Shown here: piece after piece, positions 15,875 through 25,600 of the stretch | How positions within the stretch are numbered: position 1 is the first letter of the stretch | Layout: every line of letters begins with the position of its first letter | Virus record (IMG/VR): IMGVR_UViG_3300030118_002680 | Coordinates: 1-59,276 of that record | Source: a virus | Taxonomy: Duplodnaviria > Caudoviricetes | DNA: 59,276 nt | Direction: 5' to 3' (one strand) | The notes under the pieces: model-generated | Database searches by the model: none | The model's input: the letters and a program-made list of their open reading frames with translations, nothing else | Told to the model about the DNA's origin: nothing | Made by a program: the position numbers and the translations under genes

Positions 15875-17069
15875 TAAGGCACGAGAAGTCCTACACAAGT
15901 ATAGGTTTGTTTATCTAGCTATGGAAGTTAGAACAGGAAAGACCTTGACTGCATTGGGTACAGCTCAAGCTTGTGCTTTTAGGAATGTAGTATTCTTAAC
16001 TAAGAAGAAAGCTATATCATCTATAACAAATGACTATGAGTTACTGAATCCTAACTTCAAGTTTGATGTTATCAATTATGAATCAATGCATAAGTTACTA
16101 ATCAATCGATGTGACTTCTTGATACTTGATGAAGCTCATGGATTGGGTGCGTTTCCAAAACCAAGTAAGCGTGCAAAAGCTGTGAGAGATTTTATCAGGA
16201 AATATAATTGTGCTGTTTGCTTGATGTCAGGGACACCAACACCTGAAAGCTATAGTCAAATGTATCACCAAGTATATGGTATACCTGCCAATCCTTTCAA
16301 TCATTTCAAAAACTTCTATGCTTTTGCTACGGACTATGTTAAGGTTACAAGAAAGAAAATAAACTCTCTATATATAAATGATTACAGCAATGCCAAGACT
16401 AGTGTGTTACGAACTATGGAACCCTATACTATAAAGTATACACAGAAAGAAGCAGGTTTCAAAGTACAAACTACCGAACAGGTAATGAAAGTAAAGATGA
16501 ATGATGCAACATATCAGATAGCAAAGAAACTTAAAAGGCACCACATCGTAGAGGGTAAAGAAGAAATTATATTAGGTGACACACCTGCGAAGCTGATGAA
16601 TAAATTGCACCAATTATATTCAGGTACAATTATATTTGAATCTAACAATGCTACCACTCTTGATTTGAGTAAAGCAGAGTTCATCAAAGAACATTTTAAA
16701 GGAAAGAAGATAGCAATATTCTATAAGTTCCGTCAAGAATTAAAAGCTTTGAAGGAAGTTTTTAGTGGTACTTTAACTACAGAGCTAGATGAATTTAATT
16801 CTACGGACAAGTGTATTGCTCTTCAGATTGTTAGTGGGAGGGAAGGCATAAGCCTTTCAAAAGCTGAGTGTTTAGTTTATTATAACATAGACTTCTCGGC
16901 TACCTCCTATTGGCAATCAAGAGATAGGATGACAACCAAAGAACGATTGAAGAATAATGTGTATTGGATTTTTGCTGACGATGGTATAGAGAATGATATA
17001 TATAAGACAGTAATAAAGAAGAAAGACTACACAGTAAATCACTTCAAGAAGGATTTGTTATCTTTGTAA
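15834..17069 (+). CDS. SF2 (SNF2-like) helicase
   Basis: RPYQ, TGKT, DEAH, SGTP, SGREGISL, QSRDR. Confidence 0.85.
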   Translation: MKLSWRPYQTRIINKAREVLHKYRFVYLAMEVRTGKTLTALGTAQACAFRNVVFLTKKKAISSITNDYELLNPNFKFDVINYESMHKLLINRCDFLILDEAHGLGAFPKPSKRAKAVRDFIRKYNCAVCLMSGTPTPESYSQMYHQVYGIPANPFNHFKNFYAFATDYVKVTRKKINSLYINDYSNAKTSVLRTMEPYTIKYTQKEAGFKVQTTEQVMKVKMNDATYQIAKKLKRHHIVEGKEEIILGDTPAKLMNKLHQLYSGTIIFESNNATTLDLSKAEFIKEHFKGKKIAIFYKFRQELKALKEVFSGTLTTELDEFNSTDKCIALQIVSGREGISLSKAECLVYYNIDFSATSYWQSRDRMTTKERLKNNVYWIFADDGIENDIYKTVIKKKDYTVNHFKKDLLSL

Positions 17070-17070
17070 C

Positions 17071-17277
17071 ATGAGGTTTATTAAGTTTCTCTTGGTTTGG
17101 ATTAGCCAAAACTTAGCAATTCCTTTTTGGGTTGTTGGTCACATACATTTATCCATCCATGATTTTCATGACCTCTACGAGCTACTAAGTTCTATAGCCA
17201 TGAACATTATAGTAGCCGTTGGATTTTTAATTGACTATAATAATGACCGAACAACAAATACAAAGGAAAAGAATTAA
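17071..17277 (+). CDS. Small two-helix membrane protein
   Basis: Two hydrophobic segments. Confidence 0.6.
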   Translation: MRFIKFLLVWISQNLAIPFWVVGHIHLSIHDFHDLYELLSSIAMNIIVAVGFLIDYNNDRTTNTKEKN

Positions 17278-17482
17278 GGAACTTGAGAGTGAAGGTTATT
17301 ATGTAATAAAGCTAACTGTGACTAACAAGAATGGTATACCTGATTTGATTGCTATACCTCGAGACTCACAAGTTTTATTTGTAGAATGTAAAAGGAAGGA
17401 CGGAAAGTTATCCGAGCTTCAGAAATATAGAATAAAAGAATTAAAAGATTATGCTAAGACAGAAGTATATAGGGGAGGTTAA
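17243..17482 (+). CDS. VRR-NUC domain nuclease
   Basis: E..IQ, GIPDL, FVECK, G.LSELQ. Confidence 0.85.
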   Translation: MTEQQIQRKRIKELESEGYYVIKLTVTNKNGIPDLIAIPRDSQVLFVECKRKDGKLSELQKYRIKELKDYAKTEVYRGG

Positions 17483-17822
17483 ACACTACGAGGTAGATGA
17501 TTACTTTGTAGATAAGATTAGAGACTTACCCACTAAGGTTGGGTTTGATATTGCTAAACAAATTGACCGAGCTGCTTCTGACTTGCCTGAATTAGATTTT
17601 TGGGAACAACAAGTAGCCGTTGTAACCCACGCTTTAAATCAACCCATGTATTTTGTAGTGGAATATATTCATTCCGAAGATGTAGCTCCTGTATTTTTAG
17701 ACTTACATCAAATAGAAGTAGATGACTACTTAGATTATTATAATGAAAACAAAGCAATTAAATTAAATCAATACACATATGATTACAGATGCACAGATAC
17801 GATACCTGAAGAAGATAGTTGA
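17451..17822 (+). CDS. Hypothetical protein (start uncertain)
   Basis: ORF track. Confidence 0.6.
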   Translation: MLRQKYIGEVKHYEVDDYFVDKIRDLPTKVGFDIAKQIDRAASDLPELDFWEQQVAVVTHALNQPMYFVVEYIHSEDVAPVFLDLHQIEVDDYLDYYNENKAIKLNQYTYDYRCTDTIPEEDS

Positions 17823-18222
17823 TAATGAATTCAATGTAGATATTCTTGAAAAGAAAAGAACACGAACTCTAGTAGATGCCCGGCTAGTATATAGTTATAT
17901 ATTAAGACAGAGAGGAGTGGGGTTAGTTAGAATAGCTGAATCAATAAATAAAAACCACGCTACTATTGTATATCTCCTGAAGAATGCCACCTCTTATTTC
18001 AAACAAGATGAAGATTTAAACTTCCGATATGAGAATTGTAAGAGTCTTTTTGAAAGCCATCACTCTCCTATCATGGACATGACTCGCAGAGAAATATTAA
18101 GGCTATATGTCAAGCTAGATTCTCAATATGACATGCTAATAAAACATAATGAAGAGTTGCAGGAAGAGAACACTCAACTAAAAAAAACCATAGAAGAGCT
18201 AGATTTATCAAAAAATTATTAA
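17779..18222 (+). CDS. DnaA domain IV-like HTH protein with C-terminal coiled coil
   Basis: KRTRTLVDARLVYSYILR...IAESINKNHATIVY. Confidence 0.75.
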   Translation: MITDAQIRYLKKIVDNEFNVDILEKKRTRTLVDARLVYSYILRQRGVGLVRIAESINKNHATIVYLLKNATSYFKQDEDLNFRYENCKSLFESHHSPIMDMTRREILRLYVKLDSQYDMLIKHNEELQEENTQLKKTIEELDLSKNY

Positions 18223-18238
18223 TAAATTAGACAACTGT

Positions 18239-18469
18239 ATGGAATATACAATAAAGGACATTGATAAAATAGCCGAGTTTAAAACTTGGACTACGAAACA
18301 AAAGCTTGATGAACTCCTAAGACTAGACTGCCGTCAGTATTGTAACTTAGGTAAGGACTCTACGAATCAAGAGAGAGAAGAAGTCAAGAAAAAATCACGC
18401 AGAATATATCGTTTAATTAAAAGGATAGACAAAGAGCTAGGCGAAAAGTTCTTACACTATATGGATTAG
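18239..18469 (+). CDS. Hypothetical protein
   Basis: ORF track. Confidence 0.65.
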   Translation: MEYTIKDIDKIAEFKTWTTKQKLDELLRLDCRQYCNLGKDSTNQEREEVKKKSRRIYRLIKRIDKELGEKFLHYMD

Positions 18470-18473
18470 AACC

Positions 18474-18662
18474 ATGGTAATTACAGCATTGGAGCAAGAG
18501 AGATTAACTTACATCAATACGTTGATGCAGGAACTCCACTCTGATAATGTAATTATATATGAGTCTTTGTGTGACCGAGAATATGTAGATACCAAGTTAG
18601 CTATAGATAGAATTCAAGAAAGGTTAAAGAACCTTAGCGACTCAATACAAGATGAAATCTAA
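18474..18662 (+). CDS. Hypothetical protein
   Basis: ORF track. Confidence 0.6.
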   Translation: MVITALEQERLTYINTLMQELHSDNVIIYESLCDREYVDTKLAIDRIQERLKNLSDSIQDEI

Positions 18663-19044
18663 AACATGTAGAGAGTGCAAGAAAGATTTACCTGAAACTG
18701 AATTTTATTTTAGTGGTCATGTTACTTTAAAAGGAAAAAAAATTAGAGACACTTTATGTAAGTCGTGTAAAGTTGCATACAAAAAAAAGAGAAGAAGAGG
18801 ATTAAGAAAATGGTTGTCTGAAATAAAATCCAATATGGCGTGTAGCAAATGTGGATACTCAAAAGAAACCAACCCTTCATTCAAACCAACAGGACTTACG
18901 TTTCATCACCCACAAAACAACAAAGGGTTTTGGATTGGAGATGCTAGCTCAAAGGGTTATTCAAAAGAAAGTGTACTAAAAGAAATAGATAAGTGTGTGT
19001 GCCTTTGTGTAAGGTGCCATGCTGAAATACATAATCATGAGTAG
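18652..19044 (+). CDS. HNH endonuclease-like protein with N-terminal Zn finger
   Basis: CREC...CKSC; CSKCG...FHH...EIDKCVCLCVRCHAEIH. Confidence 0.8.
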   Translation: MKSKTCRECKKDLPETEFYFSGHVTLKGKKIRDTLCKSCKVAYKKKRRRGLRKWLSEIKSNMACSKCGYSKETNPSFKPTGLTFHHPQNNKGFWIGDASSKGYSKESVLKEIDKCVCLCVRCHAEIHNHE

Positions 19045-19132
19045 GAAATATAAAAATAAAATGAGAGCTTTATTCATAAGCTATCTAGGAGTAATAGTAA
19101 CCTTGTTCTACATTTACCTGACAAGAACATGA
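19037..19132 (+). CDS. Tiny membrane peptide (31 aa)
   Basis: MSRKYKNKMRALFISYLGVIVTLFYIYLTRT; ATGA overlap with the next gene. Confidence 0.45.
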   Translation: MSRKYKNKMRALFISYLGVIVTLFYIYLTRT

Positions 19133-19542
19133 GGTTTGAACAAGACAAGGATTTAAAGCGTGAGAAAAAAGCAATAGAATATTTTGTAAAAAGATTTCAA
19201 GGGTCATACAAAAAACTTGGACCCAACGATGTGGACTACAAAGTCTTTGATAAAGATGACAATCTTATTGCCTACGCTGAGGTGAAAGGAAGGTACAGAA
19301 GTATAGCTAGTTGTTATCCTCTGCCTATTGCATGTCGTAAAGTTGTAAAGCTATGTGACAAACGATTGAATCCTGTTATGATATGGGCTTGTGATGATGG
19401 TATAGTATATGGTCAACCTGCACAGCTTGATGGATATGTAAAGTGGGGTGGAAGAAAACCAAGAGAGGGAGCTGTCAATGACCAAGAGTTAATGATATAC
19501 TATGACAAACAAAAAACACTAAGATATTTTAGATACTACTAA
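19129..19542 (+). CDS. PD-(D/E)XK-fold nuclease-like protein
   Basis: E...E, VDY...YAEVKGR. Confidence 0.65.
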   Translation: MRFEQDKDLKREKKAIEYFVKRFQGSYKKLGPNDVDYKVFDKDDNLIAYAEVKGRYRSIASCYPLPIACRKVVKLCDKRLNPVMIWACDDGIVYGQPAQLDGYVKWGGRKPREGAVNDQELMIYYDKQKTLRYFRYY

Positions 19543-19676
19543 GGCTTTAGTCCTCTAGGTTTCTTAGGAGATTTTTTAAATCCATCAGTTGCATAGTACA
19601 ATCTAACTTGTGCGTCAGTAAATACTCTTCCACTTGGACTTTGATTTTTATTTTTTCCTATCTTTTTAAATGGCAT
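19539..19676 (-). CDS. Small basic protein (45 aa)
   Basis: Hand-translated MPFKKIGKNKNQSPSGRVFTDAQVRLYYATDGFKKSPKKPRGLKP; last gene of the late arm. Confidence 0.6.
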   Translation of the reverse strand: MPFKKIGKNKNQSPSGRVFTDAQVRLYYATDGFKKSPKKPRGLKP

Positions 19677-19678
19677 AT

Positions 19679-22600
19679 CTATCGTTTAGGTGCAAAGACA
19701 CTTTTTCTTTTGGTGTTACCTTTCGGAGCAAACACCGAGTTCTTGCTCATATTTTTTCTTTGTCTTTGTAATCGTTCTTGCTCTCTGTAATACTCTTCAT
19801 TTAATTCTTGCAGAGTTTTAGTTTTTCTACTACTTGATTTTTTCTTTGGTCCTTCAATCACATAATCAGAAAAATTAAACAATCTTAAAATCTGCGTACC
19901 TACATCACCTCCCTTACCCATTTTCTCTAAGTTATCGATGAACCTAGTTACTTGTGTTGCAGGTAAACCTGTAGTATTAACTATCTCTGTGTATAGTTTA
20001 CCAAAGTTTTCAGCTCGCTTCTTAGGGTCTTTAGTATTCAAAGCTCTTGTCGCTAGCTGTGAGATTCTAGCTATAGACATTAATGGAGCAATACTTTTAC
20101 CTTGTTTACCTGCGTATGGTTTCTGTTGTATTACGTCTACAACCTGATTTACAACATCTCCTATTATGAATAAAGCGTTCAGGTTACCAACAACCATAGC
20201 TCTAACCAAATCTTCTTCATCTTCAGGACGCACAGGTCTAAGAAGTCCCGGCAAACCTAATGCAACATATTGGAACAAAGTAGGTGCAAGTATATGATAT
20301 GTGATAAAGGTTCTAAGATTCTCACTTAACGTACCCTTACCTGCGTTTCTATCCCAAGCTATCAACTTTCTGAATAAGTTACGAGTAGATTGTATTTCTT
20401 TTCTTAAGTATTGTTTAGGTGTAGTTAAGAACATATTCATTCCTCTATATAACGCACCTGATGTTTGATAGAAGTCTCTATCCTGTAAGTCCATAGATTG
20501 CTGTGTTCTCTTGGTATCTTTTTCAAACTTAAGGATAGCTTCTTTCTTTGCTTGGTCTTCAGTTAAACCACGCTTTAATGCTTGGTCTTTGTAATATAAA
20601 TAGTTAGGCATACCTCCAAGATATATAGCTGCCTTGTCACCAAACTTAGTTGAATACATAATAAAGTTTACATAGAAATCCCAATACTGATTAGGAACAA
20701 ACTCCATCATTCCATCTTCTGTGTATGACTCTATTACTCTAGTAATTGATTGTCTGTTTCGGTCTTGCATATAAACAGAGTTCTCTGATATTTCCTTAAA
20801 GGTTTTTTTAATTTGAGGAATATTTTTTAAAGAATACTTTAACCAATTTACATATCCAATATCATTAGCATAAGTAATCATAGATGTCAACTGCTTTATC
20901 ATAACAGTTGGGTTCAAACCAATTCTAGAAAATATAAATAAGTTATTCATCTGATTAATAAACCTGTCTGCTCTATTATTACTAACACCTCTGTTAGCAA
21001 TCTTTGCTAACATATTCTTAATTAATCTGTTTACATATTGTCCATGTATACTTTCAATTGCTTGACTTACTTGCTTGTTTGAAAACATCTTATGAATGTC
21101 TCTTATGGTTTCACCATAAGCTGCAAAGTATTCCATATCTCTTAAGTAAGTTGCCATAACATTCATGTTGTTCATCTCTCTTATAGGAAGATTGTTTTGT
21201 GTTCTAAACTTAGTCGAAGACGCACCTACAGATGTATTCATGATTGATTTATCTGACAACATATCTAATGGTTCTTGCTCTATTGCATTCCCCTCAGGGT
21301 CATTTCTATATATCATACCGGCATAGAACCTGTTCCATGGCATATTAGTTCGGTATAAAGCTTTGTATGTTTTATTATAATGCTCATATAAAGCAGGATA
21401 AAATTCATTTACTTGCCAATCTGCAAACTCTTTTACCTTTTCATCCATATTGGATATCATCTCATCCATTATTCTTTTATAGTCTTCACCAAACGTAGCT
21501 TCAAAAGCTCCTTTGTTTGCAGGGTCTTTGTAAAGATTGTAGTAATACATCATTACATTTTGAGGTAGATGTACTTCGTTTTTAAACAAAACTTTTTTTA
21601 GGTTTTCTTTATTCTTAAGACTTGGGTCTTGCTCGTATGCTTTTTTAGCATCCTCTACAGCTTTTGGGTCTAATAAATAAGTAGCTTTTTTGTCAGGCTT
21701 GTTATTATCTCTAACTTTATTTCTCCATTTCTTTCCATATAATTCCTCAAATTTTTTGGCTATGATATCTTCCTGCTGCATCATTCTAGCTTTAAACTTT
21801 CTGCTTGAAGCATCTACTCTTCCTGTTACCATCTCTTGCAACCTTCCCCCAAACATTTCCCCCGGCAATTTAGATATCAAATCCATCAGACCATCTAAAG
21901 CTTCAGCCTCATTGAAAAACTTTTTAACCCCTGTGTTTATTTTAGTCACAAACTTTTTAAGCACACCTTTAAGTTTATTTTTTTTCTCCTCTAATCTTTG
22001 CTTGTTTTTTAAATCTGCTTCTTTACGCTTACCCTTATCTCCTAAGTCTGCCTTTTCACCTGTTACTTCTTCATAAGCTATGGACGCATTTTTATTATAT
22101 TTATTGTGAGCATCTTCAAGCTCTTGTTTCAACTCGCTTCTACCTTGTTGAACCATTTCTTCTAAAGTTGCTAGAGCTGTATCAAGTGCACCTGTCTTAT
22201 TGACATCAGTATTCTCCATTAACAATGCGTTGTTCAGATTAATTAGAACTTGCAAGTCTACCATTCTATCAAAGTCACCTTCGGTCATTTTAGATTTGGC
22301 AGCTATTTCATTAAACTCCTGAGTTAACGCTTCGTTCTCAGCCTCAATCTGCTGAACTGTAGAGTTCTTACTTAGTCGGTCTTGTTTTATCTTTTGTATT
22401 CTTTCTTTAATTTTTAAACTAATTTTAGCTCCTTTCTTTCTACCTGCTACTTTGGTTTCGTATTTACCATTGAGTATATTTTCAATTTTACTTTCAAGTC
22501 TTGTGTTGTTCTTTTTATTTACAAACTCTAACACCTCCTCGAATATGTTTTCAATATTAGATTCGTTTGCGTTAGTAACTTTTCTTATAAGACTCATGAC

Positions 22601-25600
22601 TTCACTACGAGTATATATATCAGCAGGTAAAGACTTTCTAATAAAGTTTCTTATAGCTGCTTTGGCTTTCTGTAAATCTTTAGCACCACGCCTTCTTTCC
22701 TGTACCATTCTACGAGCAGCAGTAAGTTTCTCTTGTACATTTTCACTTGTTCTTGTACCTACTGCTCTTTGGAATTCAACCTGTAGTAACGCTTGCTTGG
22801 TAGTTAGATTCTTACTTCCGTCACCTTCGTTTATATATTCAGGTTGTTTCTGTAGGAATTCAATAGTTTGGTCTGCTATTTGCTGTTCTGTAAGCTTGAC
22901 CTTTCTTCTCTTATTTCCTCTAATAAGTTTTTGTTCAAACGCTTTTACTCTTTGGAACAATTTAATACCTGCTTCCATACCACCCTTTATGTTTGCAAAC
23001 GCTTTAGGTAGAGTGTTAAATAAATCTACATCTATATTCATCAGATTGTTAACCACACTAGCAGGATAACCTTTTGTTCTAACTAAAAAGTCTTTGATAA
23101 CTTCATCTCTAAAGTTCATGTCCCTACCTTCGGTGATAATATCTACTATTTCTTTTTGCTCTCTACCTCTAGGAGTTTCAGTAATCTTTTCAGTTATAGT
23201 TTCAAACAATGGTAGTTTAGATTGAGCAATCATACTAACAGCGTTTGCTTTACCTACCACCATCAAGTCTTTGTTTTTGTTTTTAAACGCTATTTTGTTT
23301 ACACCTGTTAAGTCTGTGTATGTACGTTGGTCTAATGGTTTGTTTGCTATTCTTTTTTTGTTATATGATTTATCGTCAGGGTATTGTTCTCTAACTCTCT
23401 CATTTATTTCTTCTGTTTTAGTTTTGTCTCCTATTAAAGTTTCAGGCATATAAGGTTGTAAAGATGTTTTGACGCTATATAAACCATCAAATATAACAGC
23501 ACTATTAGGTTCTGAAGGAACTTTACCTACAAAGAATGGATGAGTGATTCCTTTATCTTGTACTCCATCCACTAAAGATTTAGTGTCTTCCGGAACCACA
23601 TAGGTAAAGCCACCTACTACATAGCCACCTTTGTTTTCTTTCAAGAAGTTCTCTCCTAATAAAGCTTTGTCTCCAAACTCTAAAACAAAATCTTGAGTGT
23701 TGGTACCATTATCTAAAAATGCTTTTTTATATCCCGGAGTTTTAACATTAGTTTTAAGGTCTTTGTTCTTTGGAATAACCCCTTCCATATAATATCTTCT
23801 TCGGTCAAAGTTTTCATTCTTCATAGCCTCAACAAATTCCTCAGGACTTACAGACTGTGGGTCTTTAATCATGTCTTGCATTTCCTGTGAAAGAGCTCCA
23901 CCCATTCTATTGTTTTTATATGAAGCTAGCTCCTCGGCAAATGCTGCATAAGCTTTAGGGTCTTTCTTTTGTAGGTCTTCGATTGCGTCATAGAAAAACT
24001 CTGCACCATACATGTTTCCGTACATAGCATCAGGAGTTTGAATCATAACTGCTACACCTACTCTATCTCCTGCCTTGTATTTCTTTTTAAGTTTATCCAT
24101 ATTGCTTAAAGCTTTGCCGGAATTCAAAGATGCAAACCCTACTCCGTTTTCATTGTTCTCCTTCAAAGCTGCATAACCGAAGCCACCAAGCAAACCTTTG
24201 TCAGGGTCAAGAGCTGTAGCATCAGAATTAATTACATATATATTTCCATTGTGCTGTTCAGCAAAATCATTCAGAGTAATAATCGGAAGGTCCGATACAT
24301 TGTCTCCTTTAAATACTTTCTGTTCTCTGCCCGGAACTTTTTCAACTTTACCTTTAGGATTTACTGTAGCTGCTACACCATTGTCAGAAAATGGTTCTGA
24401 CTTTTCAAGAATCTTGAACTCATCAGTAAATATTTCTTGACCCATAGTAATTTTGTCTGCTAAAGTATTTAGTAAGTCAACTACTTGTGCGTCTTGTTGT
24501 GTGATGTTAGGACTAATGTCTATTAATTTATCTATTCCTAAAGTTCTAGCTGTGCTTTTTAAGAAGTTTAGTATAGCACTTTGCGCAGGTCTGTCTAGTC
24601 TTTGATACCTGCTCGACATAATACCAAATAATTCTGCTAATCTCTCCTCGTTTTGAGCAGTCATTCCTTGGTCTTTATATTGCTTGGAAAATGCGTCAGC
24701 TTTTTTATAAAGTAAACTATTTTTATCTACAGCACTCATCACTCCTTTTGTAAGTGTGTTAACTGCCTTGGCTACATTAGCTTCACCTAATCTTTCAAAC
24801 AACATAGCATGAAAAGCTTCGTGAGCTACGGTAGTTTCTGAAGCTTTATTCATATCAATATGAATAGTGTTGGTATCGAAATCATAAAATCCTCTACCTC
24901 CTCTACCTGTAGCTTTATTAAACTCATCAGAAGATTCATGTAAAACTATTTTAGTTTTAAAGTTTTTAGCTAAGGCTTGAGCTGCTTTTACTGCTCTGTT
25001 AATTACTTTATTACGAGTAGATTTTTGCTCTTTATCTAATGCACCTTCTTGTTTTCCTTTTCTATTAAAGAATAAGTTGTCTTGTGTTTGTTCTGCTTCT
25101 GTCTCGGTACCAAATGCTTCTTGAATATCTTCTTTCTCTTGAGCAGTAATATCACTATCTTCATCTAGTTCTTCTGAAGTTTCAGTTTGAGTTGCTGTTG
25201 TACCAAACTCTTGTATCTTAGACTCTGCATCTTCAGCAGCCTGTTGTTCTTGTGCAGCTATAACCGTTATGTTCTCAAGCTGTTCATTGATTTCAGCTAT
25301 TCTGTTTTGGTCACTCTTAGTAAGCTGCTTGTCTTTGCCGGTGATTTTATTCTCTATGTTTTGTTTCTCTAATAGTAAGTTTAAGGCAACTCTTGATTGT
25401 TGAACTGTGTAGTCGCTAGGAATCTGTGGCATCAATGCTTCAATCTTATTATAGTTTTCAAGTAAACCATCTGCACCTGCCTGAGTTAGTGGGTCATTAG
25501 GGTCGGCTACTCTTTGTTTTAGATTAGTAACAAAAAACTTTTTATACTGTGGGTCTTTCAACATTTCTTGATACCAACCAAAAGCTTCATCAGATACTAA

